Shown here: positions 1-8,980 of the stretch, piece by piece
How the letters are laid out: the number at the start of each line of letters is the position of its first letter
Numbering within the stretch: the stretch's first letter is position 1
Source: Candidatus Enterousia sp.
Lineage (GTDB): Bacteria; Pseudomonadota; Alphaproteobacteria; Rs-D84
Length of the DNA stretch: 64,000 nucleotides
Direction: 5' to 3'
Assembly (NCBI GenBank): GCA_045648925.1
Contig: JAZROY010000003.1
Span: forward strand, 57,082-121,081
Position numbers and translations under genes: made by a program
Notes under the pieces: generated by a model
Told to the model about the DNA's origin: nothing
Seen by the model: the letters and a program-made list of their open reading frames with translations, nothing else
Database searches by the model: none

Positions 1-240
1 CCGCAATATTTGTGTTGAAAAAAGACCGACAAACATTGAAAACACAGCGATTACTGCTGCATATATACCAACAGCACTTGACGCCATTTCTTCATTAAAA
101 AATAATTTAAAAATTTCAAATAAAACCAGTGAATAAACAGCACTTACCACACTGCTTGCAAAACCAGTAAACAGCCCCAGGTTTGTAAAAGAAAACCCGT
201 TCACATTTTGTCGCATAGAAAGATATTTTTCTCTCCCCAT
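1..240 (-). CDS. Partial CDS (N-terminal 80 aa, runs off window start): hydrophobic membrane protein, possibly transporter N-terminus
   Basis: ATG at 240..238 (minus) preceded by AAGGG SD; open frame to position 1 with no stop; translation MGREKYLSMRQNVNGFSFTNLGLFTGFASSVVSAVYSLVLFEIF... is strongly hydrophobic (TM helices). Not in ORF track because it has no stop inside the window. Confidence 0.4.
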   Translation of the reverse strand, partial: MGREKYLSMRQNVNGFSFTNLGLFTGFASSVVSAVYSLVLFEIFKLFFNEEMASSAVGIYAAVIAVFSMFVGLFSTQILR

Positions 241-281
241 TTTATCCCTTTGTCGTCAATATATCACATATAAATATTTTT

Positions 282-761
282 TTACAATTCAAATCTTGAT
301 GTATTTGCATGTGTCAAAGCAATCGCAATCGCATCGCTTTCGTCCGCTGTTTTTGGATGTGCATCTGGTAATAATATAGATAACATCTTATAAATTTGTT
401 CTTTATCTGCATGTCCAACCCCGGTCAATGCTTTTTTAACTTTATTTGGTTCATATTCAAATACTGGTATATCTTTTACAGCCACCGCAGTAATTGCCGC
501 CGCCCTGGCATGCCCCAACAGTAATGTAGTTTTGCTATTTTTATTTACGAAAATAATTTCTATACTGCATTCCGTTGGCTTAAAAATTTCACACAATTCA
601 TCAACTTTGTTAAAAATAAAAGCCAGCCTTTGTGCAAAATTTATCTTGGTCGGTGGTAAAATAACACCGCTTGCGATATATTTACGCGTTGAGCCTGCAA
701 CATCAATTATTGCCCAACCAGTATGCAAAAGTCCCGGGTCGATTCCCAAAATTCTTTTCAT
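282..761 (-). CDS. ruvC: Crossover junction endodeoxyribonuclease RuvC
   Basis: 159 aa; MKRILGIDPGLLHTGWAIID... RuvC N-terminal catalytic Asp motif, typical length. Confidence 0.9.
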   Translation of the reverse strand: MKRILGIDPGLLHTGWAIIDVAGSTRKYIASGVILPPTKINFAQRLAFIFNKVDELCEIFKPTECSIEIIFVNKNSKTTLLLGHARAAAITAVAVKDIPVFEYEPNKVKKALTGVGHADKEQIYKMLSILLPDAHPKTADESDAIAIALTHANTSRFEL

Positions 762-762
762 T

Positions 763-1098
763 TTATTTCCGTATTGTTATGCGCGACACTGTATCATATC
801 CATAATATTTATTTATTTGATTTTTACAATCTTCAACTTTATACGACAATTCCAGCGCAAACGCAGACGAGATTGGGCGCAACACAATATTAATTTTTTT
901 ATCGCGCGTTTTTTTAACTGCAACAATATTAGCAATATCTGATATATCTTTGCTGACTATATTTTTCCAATTTTTTACCAAATCAGCGTCACTTGCCCTT
1001 ATCCCGAACATTTCAAGCAAGCCGCCCAATGCAGATGCCAATGTCTGGGGTCTTGATTTACGAACATCCCAATTTATTTTTTTATCTTGGTTTGACAT
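763..1098 (-). CDS. DUF721-like small conserved protein
   Basis: 111 aa basic protein between ruvC and mltA; resembles DUF721/DciA-like small proteins; weak assignment. Confidence 0.4.
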   Translation of the reverse strand: MSNQDKKINWDVRKSRPQTLASALGGLLEMFGIRASDADLVKNWKNIVSKDISDIANIVAVKKTRDKKINIVLRPISSAFALELSYKVEDCKNQINKYYGYDTVSRITIRK

Positions 1099-2173
1099 AA
1101 GTATATTCCTTTGGCATTAAAATAAACATCTGACCCTGGGAATGTTGTCCATGCGCCACTTTATACGCTTCATCACCACTACCGAAAAAGATGTCTGCGC
1201 GTATCCAACCTTTTATCGCACCACCTGTATCTTGGGCAATCATCAAACGATTAAACACGCGTCCATCAGACAAATTCGTATTTATGTATACAGGCAATCC
1301 CAATGTATAAATTGAATCGTCCATCGCAATACTGCGTATTTTTGAAAGCGGTGTTCCCAGTTTTCCAATTACACTTTTTTGTTCTGTTTCATAAAAATAC
1401 ACATAACGCGGATTATTGTAAATTACTTCTTTTGCCAATTTTGGATTTTTCTTTAAATGCGTCCATACTGCATCCGCACTATACCCACCTTCGGGTTTAA
1501 TCCCTTTGTCTTGCAATTGTTTACCGATAGATTTGAACGGCATATCATTAACCGCGGCAAAGTTCAATTTGACTAAACTACCATCTTCCAACTTTAACAT
1601 TCCACTACCCTGGATTTGAAGGTTTTGCACATCGACCATATCTGCCCAATAAAGAACGCGCCCTATTTTCTTTGCGACAATATCTTTCTTTGGCACACCC
1701 TTGTATTCTGCACCATTGATTGGCACACCCATAATTGGTTCGTTGCATTTTGCACTTTGTTTTTTGCAACCTGGTATCACAGGCGAATAATATCCAGTAT
1801 AAGTTCCGGTTTTCCCACCATTTTCATTATAAACCTGATACGGCTGGAAATGGGATTCAAACCAAGCACGCACAGTTGCTATATCCGCACTTGCACTTGG
1901 CAACATATTGCATTTTTCCCGCAAAAGTTCCGCATCTGGGACAACAGAACCCTTGTATTGAATCTTTGCTTTGCAAGTATTACGGAATGCCTGCAACGCA
2001 TACCGAACATCGTCATCGCGCCATCCCGGCAGGTTCGAATACGACACAGCCCGCAAATTTGATGGTATTTTTGAATCATCCCCGACATGTGTCGGTGTTG
2101 ATAAATCACACCCTGCCAGCGCAAAAAATCCAATCAAAGCCAGAATTTTCGTAATTTTATATAATTTAAACAT
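1082..2173 (-). CDS. mltA: Membrane-bound lytic murein transglycosylase A (MltA) lipoprotein
   Basis: Start taken at internal ATG 2173 (MFKLYKITKILALIGFFALAGC lipobox); MltA/3D-domain-like sequence; 363 aa. Confidence 0.75.
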   Translation of the reverse strand: MFKLYKITKILALIGFFALAGCDLSTPTHVGDDSKIPSNLRAVSYSNLPGWRDDDVRYALQAFRNTCKAKIQYKGSVVPDAELLREKCNMLPSASADIATVRAWFESHFQPYQVYNENGGKTGTYTGYYSPVIPGCKKQSAKCNEPIMGVPINGAEYKGVPKKDIVAKKIGRVLYWADMVDVQNLQIQGSGMLKLEDGSLVKLNFAAVNDMPFKSIGKQLQDKGIKPEGGYSADAVWTHLKKNPKLAKEVIYNNPRYVYFYETEQKSVIGKLGTPLSKIRSIAMDDSIYTLGLPVYINTNLSDGRVFNRLMIAQDTGGAIKGWIRADIFFGSGDEAYKVAHGQHSQGQMFILMPKEYTYVKPR

Positions 2174-2252
2174 TTTTGTTTCCCCCACTTGTAAAAATGA
2201 TTTCTTAATGCTATATTATCATAAAACCGAGGATAAAAAAAGGAGCAAATAC

Positions 2253-2711
2253 ATGCCAAAGTTTAATATTATTTCACAATTCTTAAAAGACATCTCTTTC
2301 GAAAGCCCAAATGTGCCAGAATTGTTCTTTAAACAAGACAACGGTCAGGCGAAAATTGAAATCAACCTGGACATCAATATCAAGGGTGCAGACAATAACT
2401 TGTTTATGGTTGATTTGATTACCAAGGTTCATTCTAAATTGGAAAAAGACAATAAAACTATATTTATGATTGAATCTACATATACTGGGATGGTTCAATA
2501 CGAAGAAAAAGACGAAGAAACAAAAAGAAAAACATTATTAATTGATGTTCCAACACTTTTGTTCCCATCTGTTCGCGCAATGGTGACAAGATTGACCGCA
2601 GAATCTGGATTTCCTGCATTTGTTATGCAACCTGTTGACTTTGCTGATTTGTATGAACAAAGACAAAAAGCAGCGGCGGCAAAAGAAACACCAAAACCTG
2701 CAAATCAGTAA
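2253..2711 (+). CDS. secB: Protein-export chaperone SecB
   Basis: ATG at 2253 with AGGAG 8 nt upstream; MPKFNIISQFLKDISFESPNVPELF... typical SecB N-terminus, 152 aa; ORF-track 246-aa version is an unrealistic upstream extension. Confidence 0.85.
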   Translation: MPKFNIISQFLKDISFESPNVPELFFKQDNGQAKIEINLDINIKGADNNLFMVDLITKVHSKLEKDNKTIFMIESTYTGMVQYEEKDEETKRKTLLIDVPTLLFPSVRAMVTRLTAESGFPAFVMQPVDFADLYEQRQKAAAAKETPKPANQ

Positions 2712-2839
2712 CAGATTTTCGTTATTGCGCGTGAAGCGCACAATTAAGAAAATCGAGTTCCGCGCCGTAGCAAGTTTCATTATTTTGGAACACATTTCAC
2801 AATTATCGGCGAAGGCGGGAGAGCACATTATTGTTAAAG

Positions 2840-2870
2840 AAAAAAACCGCCAAATCGGCGGTTTTTGTTG
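2840..2870. terminator. Bidirectional intrinsic terminator between secB and yebC
   Basis: Hairpin accgcc-aaatc-ggcggt flanked by A-run upstream and T-run downstream. Confidence 0.6.
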
Positions 2871-2898
2871 AGGATTTATTATTATAATTTATTTTTAT

Positions 2899-3615
2899 TT
2901 ATGCGGCGGCGGTGAATACCTTTTGCACATCATCATTGGCATCCAGCGCATCAACCAATTTTTCGATTTTTGCATATGCTTCATCGTCCAAATCCATTGG
3001 CATATTTGGGACCCAGGTCAATTCTGCATTTTCTGGTTCGCCCAATTTATCGCTTAATGCTTTTTGAACATTCATGAAATTATCTGGTTTGGTTGTGATG
3101 ATAAAGCCCTCTTCGGATGCTTCCAGATTATCCGCATCAACTTCCATAACCAATTCCATCATTTCATCTTCGGTTTTACCAATACTTGCCGGATACATAA
3201 TTTGCCCAACATGAGAAAACATAAACACGACCGATCCTTCTTCACCCATATTTCCACCGTTTTTGGCAAAAATATTGCGAACCTCTGGCACTGTTCTGCG
3301 TGGATTATCGGTTAATGCCTCTACTATAACTGGCACAGCCCCTGGACCATAACCTTCGTAACGCACAGCCACAAAATTATCTGTGTTCGCACCTGATGCC
3401 TTATCAATAGCGCGTTTAATATTATCGTTCGGCATAGAATTTTTACGTGCCTGTAAAATCGCCAAACGCAATCTTGGGTTATTATCTGGATTTTTATCGC
3501 CCAACTTTGCCGCCATAGTTATTTCGCGTGCCAGTTTCGTAAACAAACCGCTGCGCGCTGCATCAACCAATCCTTTTTTGTGTTGGATGTTGTGCCATTT
3601 ACTGTGTCCACTCAT
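2899..3615 (-). CDS. yebC: YebC/PmpR family DNA-binding transcriptional regulator
   Basis: MSGHSKWHNIQHKKG... canonical YebC N-terminus, 238 aa. Confidence 0.9.
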   Translation of the reverse strand: MSGHSKWHNIQHKKGLVDAARSGLFTKLAREITMAAKLGDKNPDNNPRLRLAILQARKNSMPNDNIKRAIDKASGANTDNFVAVRYEGYGPGAVPVIVEALTDNPRRTVPEVRNIFAKNGGNMGEEGSVVFMFSHVGQIMYPASIGKTEDEMMELVMEVDADNLEASEEGFIITTKPDNFMNVQKALSDKLGEPENAELTWVPNMPMDLDDEAYAKIEKLVDALDANDDVQKVFTAAA

Positions 3616-3665
3616 ATTTGACCTTTTTATTAAATTAGATTAGAATTACGACAAAAGGATAACAA

Positions 3666-4238
3666 ATGATTGGAAAATTGCAAGGTGTAATTGATTATAT
3701 CGGTCCAGATTATGTAATTTTAATGGTTTCGGGTGTTGGGTACAAGGTTTATACACCAGAAATCCTTACCTTGAAATCTACGGTCGCACTTTGGATAGAA
3801 ACAATTGTGCGCGAAGATTCCATACGGTTATTTGGTTTTTCAAGTGTCGCCGGTCAAACATTATTCAATCAATTGACCACTGTTTCTGGTGTTGGACCAA
3901 AGGTTGCAATGGCAATTATGGGCACGATAAAGACGGAAACATTGATGTCTGCAATTGCAACTGGGGATGCAAAAACAATCGCAACCGCCCCGGGTGTTGG
4001 CAAAAAAGTCGCTGAAAAAATCATAGTGGAATTAAAGAATAAAATGGGCGGTGGTGCTTTTGATTTTGGCTCTGATATTGCCACTGGCGCATTACCAGAT
4101 TTACTGGCCGCCCTTGAATCTTTGGGTTATCGCAGGCAAGACATTGTTGATATGGCACAAAAATTGGTATCACAAAACCCCGATGCAAATGTATCAAAAC
4201 TTGTTCCAATGGCATTAAAAGAAATAAGCGGTAAATAA
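3666..4238 (+). CDS. ruvA: Holliday junction branch migration protein RuvA
   Basis: MIGKLQGVIDYIGPDYVILMVSGVGYKVYTP...; HhH motifs (GVGPKVAMAI, APGVGKKVAEKI); 190 aa. Confidence 0.9.
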   Translation: MIGKLQGVIDYIGPDYVILMVSGVGYKVYTPEILTLKSTVALWIETIVREDSIRLFGFSSVAGQTLFNQLTTVSGVGPKVAMAIMGTIKTETLMSAIATGDAKTIATAPGVGKKVAEKIIVELKNKMGGGAFDFGSDIATGALPDLLAALESLGYRRQDIVDMAQKLVSQNPDANVSKLVPMALKEISGK

Positions 4239-4239
4239 T

Positions 4240-5574
4240 ATGAATAACGATACAATTTTCGCATTATCGTCTGCACCTGGGAAATCAGGTGTCGCAGTTA
4301 TCCGCATAAGCGGTAACGATTTATTAAAACTTTTCAAACGAATTGTAAACAACCCCGCCCTTGTGGCGGGGCCGAAACTGCCACGGCAGTTTCGGGGGCG
4401 GGTCATACCCCGTCATGCATATTTTACAAATTTAAAAGATAATAATGGCGATTTAATAGACCAATGTATTGCTATTTATTTTAATGCGCCCCATTCTTTT
4501 ACTGGCGAAGATATTATTGAAATACACAGCCACGGCAGCCCTGCGGTAATAAACAAAATCTTTGACTTTTTACGCGGATTCGGCGCAAGGATTGCAGAAC
4601 GCGGTGAATTTTCCCGGCGCGCTTTTTATAACAATAAAATGGATTTAACTGATGTTGACGGTTTAATTGCCCTGCTTGATGCACAAACAGACAAACAAAG
4701 ACAAAACGCACTGCGTTCATTAACTGGGCACGATTCAAAAATCTATAATGATTGGCGCAATGAAATGATTGAAATATCCGCATACAGTGCGGCGATTCTT
4801 GATTACGACGCGGATGATTTACCAAAAAACATTGATAAAAAAATATTAACAAAAACTAAAAAGTTATTGGACGAAATAAAAAGTTCTGTGTCTGGTTTTC
4901 GTGCATCGCGCGCAATTCAAAATGGATTTAATATAGTTTTGGTTGGTAAAACTAATGTCGGAAAATCTTCCATTTTTAATAAACTGATTGGTTCAAATCG
5001 TGCCATAGTGTCTGATATCGCAGGTACCACACGCGATGTAGTTTCAACGCAATTGGATATTGATGGATATCTCGTCAACCTTTCTGATACGGCAGGAATT
5101 CGGCAATCACGCAACAAAATAGAAAAAATCGGTATTGAAAAAACATTCAACGAAATTGAAAACGCAGATTTGATAATTCATGTATATAACGAAGTTCCAA
5201 AAAAAATCATTGATAATGAAATTACCGTTATAAATAAATCTGATTTATTAAAAAGTAAAAACAATAAAAAAGTTATTTATACATCCGTAAAAACTGGTGC
5301 TGGTTTTGATAAATTATTAAAAGCAATAAAACAAAAAATGCATAACATTTTGGGCAATGGCGAATCAAAGATTACCATAAATGAACGCACTTATGAATTA
5401 CTAAATGAAACAATCACTGAATTGGAAAATGCGATAAAAAAATATAATGGCAATTATGATATCTTTGCCGAACATGTCAGACGCGCATCCGATAACATTG
5501 GTAAAATATTGGGGGTAATTACAACCAACGAAATCGCCGACATGACATTTTCTCGTCTTTGTTTGGGAAAGTAA
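4240..5574 (+). CDS. mnmE: tRNA modification GTPase MnmE (TrmE), carrying an in-frame GC-rich palindromic insertion
   Basis: FALSSAPGKSGVAVIRISG N-domain, G-domain motifs (GKTNVGKSS, DTAG, NKSD), C-terminal CLGK; 444 aa. About 18 extra residues (NPALVAGPKLPRQFRGRV) relative to the E. coli MnmE N-domain. Confidence 0.9.
   Translation: MNNDTIFALSSAPGKSGVAVIRISGNDLLKLFKRIVNNPALVAGPKLPRQFRGRVIPRHAYFTNLKDNNGDLIDQCIAIYFNAPHSFTGEDIIEIHSHGSPAVINKIFDFLRGFGARIAERGEFSRRAFYNNKMDLTDVDGLIALLDAQTDKQRQNALRSLTGHDSKIYNDWRNEMIEISAYSAAILDYDADDLPKNIDKKILTKTKKLLDEIKSSVSGFRASRAIQNGFNIVLVGKTNVGKSSIFNKLIGSNRAIVSDIAGTTRDVVSTQLDIDGYLVNLSDTAGIRQSRNKIEKIGIEKTFNEIENADLIIHVYNEVPKKIIDNEITVINKSDLLKSKNNKKVIYTSVKTGAGFDKLLKAIKQKMHNILGNGESKITINERTYELLNETITELENAIKKYNGNYDIFAEHVRRASDNIGKILGVITTNEIADMTFSRLCLGK
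4351..4404. repeat. GC-rich imperfect palindrome inserted in-frame in mnmE (Rickettsia-palindromic-element-like)
   Basis: aaccccgcccttgtggcggggccgaaactgccacggcagtttcgggggcgggtc: inner perfect palindrome ccgaaactgcc/ggcagtttcgg, outer cccgccc/gggcggg; >65% GC in an AT-rich gene; length a multiple of 3, no stop. Confidence 0.6.
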
Positions 5575-5579
5575 TAAAT

Positions 5580-5612
5580 TTGAAAAAAACGGCGCATTTG
5601 CGCCGTTGTTAA
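5580..5612. terminator. Intrinsic terminator (strongest on minus strand, downstream of the acyl-CoA ligase genes; also follows mnmE)
   Basis: acggcgc-attt-gcgccgt hairpin with A7 on one side and T-rich on the other. Confidence 0.55.
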
Positions 5613-5734
5613 TTAGAATAATACCACTTCTATAAATTAAATAGAATTGTTTAGATGCGAAGTTGTCGGCAAGTGCAGTGTACAAATGTTACATAAACGC
5701 GCCGACAACCAGCAGATGAATAATTATATTTAAT

Positions 5735-7315
5735 TTATTCTTTTCTATCTGGATAAAGCCCTTCAATCAAATTCTTGCGAACTTCGTGATGTTTGATTTT
5801 CTGGGTGCTTGTCATCGGCAAATCTTCCGTTGTCATCGCAAAATGTGTCACCCATTTATATGATGCGACTTTCTTGTTTGCTTCTGCCACAGCGGCTGCT
5901 AATTTTTCCATTGTCATATTCGGTTCCACTTGGAACACACCGTATGCAACGGTTTTATCACCAACCTTGTGTTCAAAGACCGCGACATTTTTTACACCAG
6001 GAATTTCCATAAACAATGCTTCCAATTCATCAGGATAAACATTTTTACCAGAATCCAAAACAATCACTTGTTTTTTACGACCGGCAAAATGTAGTTCGCC
6101 ATTTTTATCCATATACATCATATCCCCAGTATTAAAGAAACCTTTTTCATCAAATACTGTCGCATTAACTTCGTCATTATTAAGATAACCGTTAAACACC
6201 TGATGTCCACGAACCCATAAAATTCCAACACCATTTTCATCTTTATCACGAATTTCACATTCATTATTAGATGTTGGCGCACCAACAGAATAAGGCAATC
6301 TTTTACTTGTCGGTTTGGAAATACAGATTGGTCCCACGGTTTCGGTTAAACCATATCCTTGGATAAATGCAAGACCAAGTGATTCATAAAAATTTTCCAC
6401 TTCTGGCTTGGTTGCTGCGCCACCGGCAATCAGTAATCTTACACGACCACCGAATATATCCAACAATGGTTCTTGGACTTTGCGCACAACAAAATCAAGT
6501 CCCATATCTTTTAATGTCTTTTGATTATTCAAAATGAACGAAGCAACGCGCCATTTTTTTTGTTGTTTCATACCATCAATAATCTTGTTACGGAACAATT
6601 CCAAGACACGCGGAACAACAGGGATAACATGCGGTCTGAATTTCTTGAAATCATCCAAAATGTATTTTGGATTAACGACCGGTTGCAAAACCAAACCACC
6701 ACCATAATGAATTGTCCCGAGTATACATACCGCGAATCCAAAGATATGATAAAGTGGTAAAAAACCATACATAATTTCCCCAGAATGATAATAATCAGAC
6801 ATATCTTCCAAAGAATTTGCACACTCTATTAAATTAAAGTGTGTCAATGGGACAACCTTTGGTGTTCCGGTAGACCCTGATGTAAATGACATAGTCGCAA
6901 TATCTGTTGATTCCGATGGATACGCCCTAAGGTCATAATCTATATCCCCATCTTTGCGTGTAATATCATAAAATTTAAACTTATCTGTTTTATAAAAGAA
7001 CGACGGTTCCGCACAAACAAATTTACAACCTGCGATTTCACACATCTTATCATATTCACGTGGTGTTAAATTTGTATCCAGCATCAACACAGTTGCGCCC
7101 AAATACCACACTGCAAAAAGTGTCAATGGAAACTGTGGCAAATTATGTGACAAAACACCAACAACATCTCCATTTTTTATACCCGCTTTGTTCAAAGAAG
7201 ATGCGCGTGCACGCACTTGATTCAAGAATTCAGAATATGTGATATTTTCACGAACCAAGAACAAATTTTCAGGCCATTGATTCACCGCATTTTCTAACTT
7301 TTGATACATATTCAT
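5735..7315 (-). CDS. AMP-dependent synthetase/ligase (long-chain fatty-acid--CoA ligase-like), paralog 1
   Basis: 526 aa; adenylate-forming motifs TSGSTGTPKVVPLTH, QGYGLTETVGP, TGDmmymdknGelhfaGRKKqvIvldsGkNVYPdElE. Confidence 0.8.
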   Translation of the reverse strand: MNMYQKLENAVNQWPENLFLVRENITYSEFLNQVRARASSLNKAGIKNGDVVGVLSHNLPQFPLTLFAVWYLGATVLMLDTNLTPREYDKMCEIAGCKFVCAEPSFFYKTDKFKFYDITRKDGDIDYDLRAYPSESTDIATMSFTSGSTGTPKVVPLTHFNLIECANSLEDMSDYYHSGEIMYGFLPLYHIFGFAVCILGTIHYGGGLVLQPVVNPKYILDDFKKFRPHVIPVVPRVLELFRNKIIDGMKQQKKWRVASFILNNQKTLKDMGLDFVVRKVQEPLLDIFGGRVRLLIAGGAATKPEVENFYESLGLAFIQGYGLTETVGPICISKPTSKRLPYSVGAPTSNNECEIRDKDENGVGILWVRGHQVFNGYLNNDEVNATVFDEKGFFNTGDMMYMDKNGELHFAGRKKQVIVLDSGKNVYPDELEALFMEIPGVKNVAVFEHKVGDKTVAYGVFQVEPNMTMEKLAAAVAEANKKVASYKWVTHFAMTTEDLPMTSTQKIKHHEVRKNLIEGLYPDRKE

Positions 7316-7370
7316 TTTATACCCCTTTTTATTATCCGGTTATGTCCCCATGTTGTGGGGACACAACAGA

Positions 7371-8951
7371 TTATTCGTGTCTATCTGGATATTTACCTTC
7401 TATTAACCATTGACGCACAACATGATGTTTAATCTTTTGTGTACTTGTCACTGGCAAATCATCAGTTGTCATCGCAAAGTGCGTCACCCATTTATATGAC
7501 GCGACTTTTTTATTAGTTGCAGCCACCGCAGCAGCCAATTTTTCCATTGTCATATCTGGCTCAACAGAAAACACACCGTATGCAACTGTCTTGCCATTTA
7601 TTTCATGTTCAAATACAGCCACACTTTTTACACCTGGTATTTCAATGAACAAACCTTCCAGTTCATCAGGATAGACATTTTTACCAGAATCTAAAACGAT
7701 TACTTGTTTTTTACGACCTGCAAAATGTAGTTCGCCATTTTTATCCATAGACACTAAATCGCCAGTGCAAAAGAACCCTTCTTTATCGAATGCTTCTTTG
7801 TTTGCTTCTTCATTATTTAAATAACCATTTAAAACCTGGTTACCGCGAACCCAAAGCATACCAATACCAGATTCATCTTTATTACGAATTTGAATTTCTG
7901 TGTCACCCATCGGCGCCCCAAAAGCATATGGAACACGTTTTTTTAGTGGCTTTGAACAACAGATTGGTCCAACAGTTTCTGTCATACCATAACCTTGAAC
8001 AAAAGCCATTCCCAGTTGCGTATAGAACTTTTCTACTTCTGGTTTTGTAGCCGCACCACCAGCAACCAAAAGACGTGCACGACCACCAAAAACAGAACGA
8101 ATCTGATTTAATACTTTATCAACCAGTTTGCCTAATCCAATCATACGCAAGAACTTTTGGTTATTCATAATGAAAGATACCAGACCCCATTTTTTCTTTT
8201 GCTTGATACCTTCGATAATTTTTTTGCGGAATATTTCCCACAACTTTGGCACCGCAGGTATAACCTGAGGTTTATATTGCGCAAAATCTGCCATAATTGC
8301 ATTAGGATTAATTGTCGATTGTAATAATATTCCCATACCAAAATGAAGTGGTGCCAAGAATCCAACAGCAAAGCCAAACACATGGTAAAGTGGCAAAAAC
8401 GCATAGAACATTTCACCTGGCTTTAACCATTGATTCAGATATTCCAAATTATCAGAACACGAAACCAAATTAAAGTGTGTTAACGGCACAATTTTTGGTG
8501 TTCCTGTTGAACCAGATGTAAATGATAATGTGGCAATATCTTTATCTTTTAATTGATACGGTTTCAAAGATTCATCTTTTTCTTTATCTTTGGTTTGGAT
8601 ATCAAAAAATTTAAATGCTTTGTTATCGTAAAAGAAAGATTTTTCAGCACACACCAATTTACAATTTGTTAAAAGTGTCATATTGTTATATTCCGCAGAT
8701 GTTAAATTTGTGTCCAACAGCAACACAGTCCCGCCCAAATACCAAATTGCAAAAAGTGTTATTGGAAATTCTGGCAAATTATGTGAAAGCAGCCCAACAA
8801 CATCACCAGGTTTTACCCCTGCTTTTTTTAAACTTGTTGCACGCGCTTTTATCAATTCAGGCATTTGTTCAAATGTCACATTTTCACGGACCAAAAATAC
8901 AGTTTTTGGATTTCTTTTTACATTTTTTTCAAGTAATTCATACATATTCAT
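7371..8951 (-). CDS. AMP-dependent synthetase/ligase (long-chain fatty-acid--CoA ligase-like), paralog 2
   Basis: Same motif set as paralog 1; start placed at MNMYELLEK (8951) by alignment with paralog starts MNMYQKLE / MNMYHFLE; ORF-track start 8960 is 3 codons upstream. Confidence 0.8.
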   Translation of the reverse strand: MNMYELLEKNVKRNPKTVFLVRENVTFEQMPELIKARATSLKKAGVKPGDVVGLLSHNLPEFPITLFAIWYLGGTVLLLDTNLTSAEYNNMTLLTNCKLVCAEKSFFYDNKAFKFFDIQTKDKEKDESLKPYQLKDKDIATLSFTSGSTGTPKIVPLTHFNLVSCSDNLEYLNQWLKPGEMFYAFLPLYHVFGFAVGFLAPLHFGMGILLQSTINPNAIMADFAQYKPQVIPAVPKLWEIFRKKIIEGIKQKKKWGLVSFIMNNQKFLRMIGLGKLVDKVLNQIRSVFGGRARLLVAGGAATKPEVEKFYTQLGMAFVQGYGMTETVGPICCSKPLKKRVPYAFGAPMGDTEIQIRNKDESGIGMLWVRGNQVLNGYLNNEEANKEAFDKEGFFCTGDLVSMDKNGELHFAGRKKQVIVLDSGKNVYPDELEGLFIEIPGVKSVAVFEHEINGKTVAYGVFSVEPDMTMEKLAAAVAATNKKVASYKWVTHFAMTTDDLPVTSTQKIKHHVVRQWLIEGKYPDRHE

Positions 8952-8980
8952 TTTTATCACCTTTTCTTAACTTTTAATAA

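Noticed and set aside
1971-2711. 246-aa ORF-track version of the secB gene with a 94-codon N-terminal extension overlapping mltA
   Set aside because: The extension has no similarity to SecB and overlaps the mltA coding region on the opposite strand. The internal ATG at 2253 has a strong AGGAG RBS and yields a canonical 152-aa SecB.
2538-2871. ORFs 2538-2828 (-) and 2620-2871 (+) in the secB-yebC intergenic region
   Set aside because: They overlap the secB 3' end and the bidirectional terminator. They are Cys/Arg-rich low-complexity translations with no RBS, so they are likely spurious.
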